Below are positions 36,830 to 39,585 of a stretch of DNA of 39,585 nucleotides, piece after piece. The position numbers and the translations under genes are program-made. Each line of letters opens with the position of its first letter. Positions within the stretch are counted from its first letter, which is position 1. The notes beneath the pieces are model-generated. The model saw only the letters and a list, made by a program, of their open reading frames with translations. It ran no database searches and had not been told where the DNA came from. The DNA comes from Patescibacteria group bacterium (GTDB lineage Bacteria; Patescibacteriota; Microgenomatia; 0-14-0-10-38-17), in the NCBI GenBank assembly GCA_050953885.1, contig JBMNNJ010000002.1:1-39585 (forward strand), read 5' to 3'.

Positions 36830-37195
36830 TTAAAAAATTAAACCGCCCTTACGCGCGCCTTCGGCCAACGCTTTCACCCGGCCATGATAAGCATAGGAGC
36901 CACGGTCAAAAGCCACTTTTTTTATTTTTTTCTCGCCCGCTTTTTGGGCCAAATACTCTCCCAAGGCATAGGCGCGCTCGGTTTTCGTTCCTTTTTTTGC
37001 TTTCAGCATTTTTTCGCTTACCCCCACCAGTGTTTCTCCCTTCCGATCGTCAATTATTTGCGCGCTAATGTAACGGGAAGAACGAAAAACCGAAAGCCGC
37101 GGCAGAAAAGACACGTTCCTAATTTTTGAACGCGTGCGCCGTTGTCGTCGTTCTTCCCTTTCTTTTTGACTGGTAGTTTTAACTTTCCTGGCCAT
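36830..37195 (-). CDS. rplR: 50S ribosomal protein L18
   Basis: PRLSVFRS, AQIIDD, FDRGSYAYHGRVKALAEGAR. Confidence 0.97.
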   Translation of the reverse strand: MARKVKTTSQKEREERRQRRTRSKIRNVSFLPRLSVFRSSRYISAQIIDDRKGETLVGVSEKMLKAKKGTKTERAYALGEYLAQKAGEKKIKKVAFDRGSYAYHGRVKALAEGARKGGLIF

Positions 37196-37216
37196 TTATT
37201 ATTATTCTAAACTTTT

Positions 37217-37774
37217 TTACTTTGTTGCGGCTCCCTCGCCCACTTTAGCCGCCTTCCCCGGCTTAAGTTTAATCTCCTCGCCCTCATAACGAATTCCTTT
37301 CCCCTTATAAGGATCGGCAGGACGCAATTTTCTAATATAAGCGGCCACCTGACCCACTTTTTCTTTATCGGCCCCCAAAACAGAGATAATATCTTTTTCT
37401 ACCTGAAAACGAATTCCTTCCGGCGCCGCCACCTTCACCTGGTTAGCCAATCCCAAATTAAGCACCAACTCATTGCCTGAAAGGCTGGCTCCGTATCCTG
37501 TCCCCACGATTTTTAGTTTTTTCTCCCATTCCTTGGTTTGGCCGACGATCATATTGGCCAAGAGCTGTCTAATTGTCCCCTGTAGAGCATCTAACGTCTT
37601 TCCCTCACCCTCTTTTGTTACTAAAAGTTCACTTTCTTGCCGAACCACTTTTATTCCTTCCGGTAAGTTAAGGGTTAGTGTTCCTTTTTCCCCCTTCACC
37701 CCTATCTTCCCCGGCTGGATTTCTATCACCACCCCTTCGGGGACAACCACTGGTTTTTTACCTATCTTTGCCAT
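37217..37774 (-). CDS. rplF: 50S ribosomal protein L6
   Basis: KIGKKPV, GTGY, DPYKGKGIRY. Confidence 0.97.
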   Translation of the reverse strand: MAKIGKKPVVVPEGVVIEIQPGKIGVKGEKGTLTLNLPEGIKVVRQESELLVTKEGEGKTLDALQGTIRQLLANMIVGQTKEWEKKLKIVGTGYGASLSGNELVLNLGLANQVKVAAPEGIRFQVEKDIISVLGADKEKVGQVAAYIRKLRPADPYKGKGIRYEGEEIKLKPGKAAKVGEGAATK

Positions 37775-37789
37775 AAAAAAATTTAAGAA

Positions 37790-38179
37790 TTACCAAACCC
37801 GACAAATCAGCTCTCCTCCTTGATTTTTCTCCAAAGCCTCACGAGCAGTTAACAACCCCGCGGGAGTAGAAATAATCACCGTTCCCAAGCGTCGGTTAAT
37901 TTCCGGCAAATCATCCCTCCGGCTATAAAGACGGCGACCGGGTTTGGAAAGCTTCTCAAACCCGGAAAAAGCAGGGTTCTTGCCACGATAAGAAAGACTT
38001 AAAATTATTTCCTTCTTTCCTTTCTTATCTTCTTTTTCCTCTACCTCCAAAAGAAAACCTTCCCTTACCAAAATTTGTCCCAACAAAAACTTCGGCCGGG
38101 AGTAGGGAATGGTTATTTTTTTCTTACCCGCGGCATAACTATTCTTGATGGTAGAAAGCATATCAGCAATGGGATCCAT
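37790..38179 (-). CDS. rpsH: 30S ribosomal protein S8
   Basis: DPIADML, SKPGRRLY, ISTP.G, GGELIC. Confidence 0.97.
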   Translation of the reverse strand: MDPIADMLSTIKNSYAAGKKKITIPYSRPKFLLGQILVREGFLLEVEEKEDKKGKKEIILSLSYRGKNPAFSGFEKLSKPGRRLYSRRDDLPEINRRLGTVIISTPAGLLTAREALEKNQGGELICRVW

Positions 38180-38217
38180 AAGATTTTTCTAAACTATTAA
38201 AATTAGCAAAAAAATAA

Positions 38218-38410
38218 ACTCAAATATTAAATGGCAAAACTATCCGCCTAAAACGGCGGATCCACCGTCTAAGGCGGACATGATAAATGTCAAATCTTTT
38301 TTAAAACTTAAAAGTGTTTTTTATCAGATTTGAGTTTTGAGTTGTAGATTTGCCATTTGCGTTTTGCGTTTTGAGATTTCATTTATAATTTTGACCTTTG
38401 ATTTTTGATT
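38218..38410. repeat. Heptamer inverted-arm module with tandem TCCGCC-GGCGGA palindromes
   Basis: tccgcctaaaacggcgga-tccaccgtctaaggcgga within caaa/tttg arms. Confidence 0.75.
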
Positions 38411-38450
38411 ATGTCTCTGCTTACGAGATAATTTTGATATTTTTCAAAAC

Positions 38451-38636
38451 TTACCATGAGGCTTTTTTAATCCCCACCACTTCTCCTTTATCGGCCAATT
38501 TACGGAAACAAAGCCGGCAAAGACCAAAATAACGAATATAAGCCCGCGACCGGCCGCAAAGTCGGCAACGGTTCCGATAGCGCCCGGTGTATTTTAAATT
38601 TTTTTCCTCACGAACAATTTTTGCTTTTCTGGCCAT
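38451..38636 (-). CDS. rpsN: 30S ribosomal protein S14, zinc (type Z) form
   Basis: RCRLCGR...[11 protein letters not shown]; 61 aa. Confidence 0.96.
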   Translation of the reverse strand: MARKAKIVREEKNLKYTGRYRNRCRLCGRSRAYIRYFGLCRLCFRKLADKGEVVGIKKASW

Positions 38637-38647
38637 AAAAAAATAAA

Positions 38648-38920
38648 CCGTTAAATTATTATCTAAATTATTAAACTGTTATCATGCTATATCGCTGAAA
38701 CGTCATTCTGACGAAAGTCAGAATCGCTCCTTAAGACGATCCTGAATCAAGTTCAGGATGACGTTTTTAACAATTTAGCAATTTAGTCAGCAATTTAGTT
38801 TTCTAATTTTGACTTTTAACTTGTACTTTTGAATTTTGACTTTTGCCTTTTGAATTATTTTTGCGCCAGCCATTCGCTCACTCGCGTCCATTCGTTCCCC
38901 ATTCGCATTAATTCGCGTGT
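38648..38920. repeat. Composite repeat tract (GTCATTCTG/GTCATCCTG doublet, periodic arms, ATTCG element)
   Basis: gtcattctgacgaaagtcagaatc...gatcctgaatcaagttcaggatgac 38702-38762; caatttag repeats; ttttga repeats; ATTCG copy 38871-38920. Confidence 0.8.
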
Positions 38921-38923
38921 CCC

Positions 38924-39469
38924 CTAGCCCTCCCTTTCAAACGGCGCTCCCAAAAGAGTCAAAAGACGCTTTGACTTCTCAATATCGTCGGCGTTGGTAA
39001 CAATCGTCACCCCTACCCCGCGCGGCTTGTCTATTTTATCATAATTAATCTCCGGAAAAACTAAATTATCCGCCAAGCCCAAACTATAATTGCCGTTTTT
39101 ATCAAATCCCTTAAGCGATAATCCATGAAAATCCTTAACTTGCGGCAAAACAATTCTAAAAAGCTTCTCCAAGAAATGATACATTCTTTCCCCCCGCAGT
39201 GTTACCTGAAATCCTATTGGCTCTCCTTTTCTCAAACTATAAGAAGAAATAGCTTTTTTGGCCCGGCAAAGCTTTGGCCGCTGGCCGGTAATTGCCTCTA
39301 AAGCCTTCCGCGCCTCCTCAACCGCCTTCTCGTCTTTTCTCTCCTTGGCTACCCCCAAACTCACCACCACTTTAACCACTTTCGGTACTGCCAAAGAATT
39401 ACTTAACCCAAATTCCTCCTTCATTTTAGGAACAACTTCTTTTTGGTATTTTTCTTTTAATTCCGACAT
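38924..39469 (-). CDS. rplE: 50S ribosomal protein L5
   Basis: ITGQRP, VTLRGERM, FDKNGNY, FPEI. Confidence 0.97.
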   Translation of the reverse strand: MSELKEKYQKEVVPKMKEEFGLSNSLAVPKVVKVVVSLGVAKERKDEKAVEEARKALEAITGQRPKLCRAKKAISSYSLRKGEPIGFQVTLRGERMYHFLEKLFRIVLPQVKDFHGLSLKGFDKNGNYSLGLADNLVFPEINYDKIDKPRGVGVTIVTNADDIEKSKRLLTLLGAPFEREG

Positions 39470-39481
39470 TTTTTAATCTTT

Positions 39482-39585
39482 TTAAATAATCTCTTTGCAT
39501 TTACGACAAATTCTTATTTTTTCTTTTCCCGAAAGCTGGTAGCCCACTCTCGTTGGCTGACCACACTTAGGGCAAATCAAGGCTA
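39482..39585 (-). CDS. rplX: 50S ribosomal protein L24, C-terminal part (truncated by the window edge)
   Basis: hand translation [33 protein letters not shown]; upstream of rplE. Confidence 0.9.
   Translation of the reverse strand, partial: ALICPKCGQPTRVGYQLSGKEKIRICRKCKEII

Noticed and set aside
1-39585. DGR, retron, intron, prophage or IS element
   Set aside because: No reverse transcriptase, transposase, integrase or phage structural gene recognised; differences between the 390-bp repeats are not the adenine-specific pattern of a TR/VR pair.

Overview
Chromosomal segment of a small-genome bacterium, most consistent with Patescibacteria/CPR (Microgenomates-like). This rests on the missing L30 in the spc operon, an archaeal-type TyrRS, Elp3, a stand-alone VirB4/TraG-like ATPase and AT-rich leaders without SD sequences. 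The housekeeping content is ychF, recA-recX-rny-hup, tRNA-Tyr/tyrS, tRNA-Pro and the spc/alpha/L13-S9 ribosomal cluster. Most notable: (1) a low-GC 2.5-kb three-gene cassette (beta-RFAP-synthase-like GHMP protein, NUDIX hydrolase, P-loop nucleotide kinase) with its own promoter and a leader-peptide/terminator, lying between two ~390-bp near-identical direct repeats; (2) elp3 head-to-head with a stand-alone asparagine-synthetase-like amidating domain, a candidate cm5U-to-ncm5U tRNA amidating enzyme; (3) a C1:G72 tRNA-Tyr beside an archaeal-type TyrRS; (4) a glycan locus (GH5, orphan repeat-domain protein, processive GT2, GT-C/GH3 fusion); (5) intergenic DNA built from several nested repeat families, with filled and empty insertion sites of 15-30 bp palindromes; (6) two orphan genes sharing a promoter-boxA-SD-ORF-long-hairpin layout. 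All family calls come from motif recognition by eye; no searches were run.
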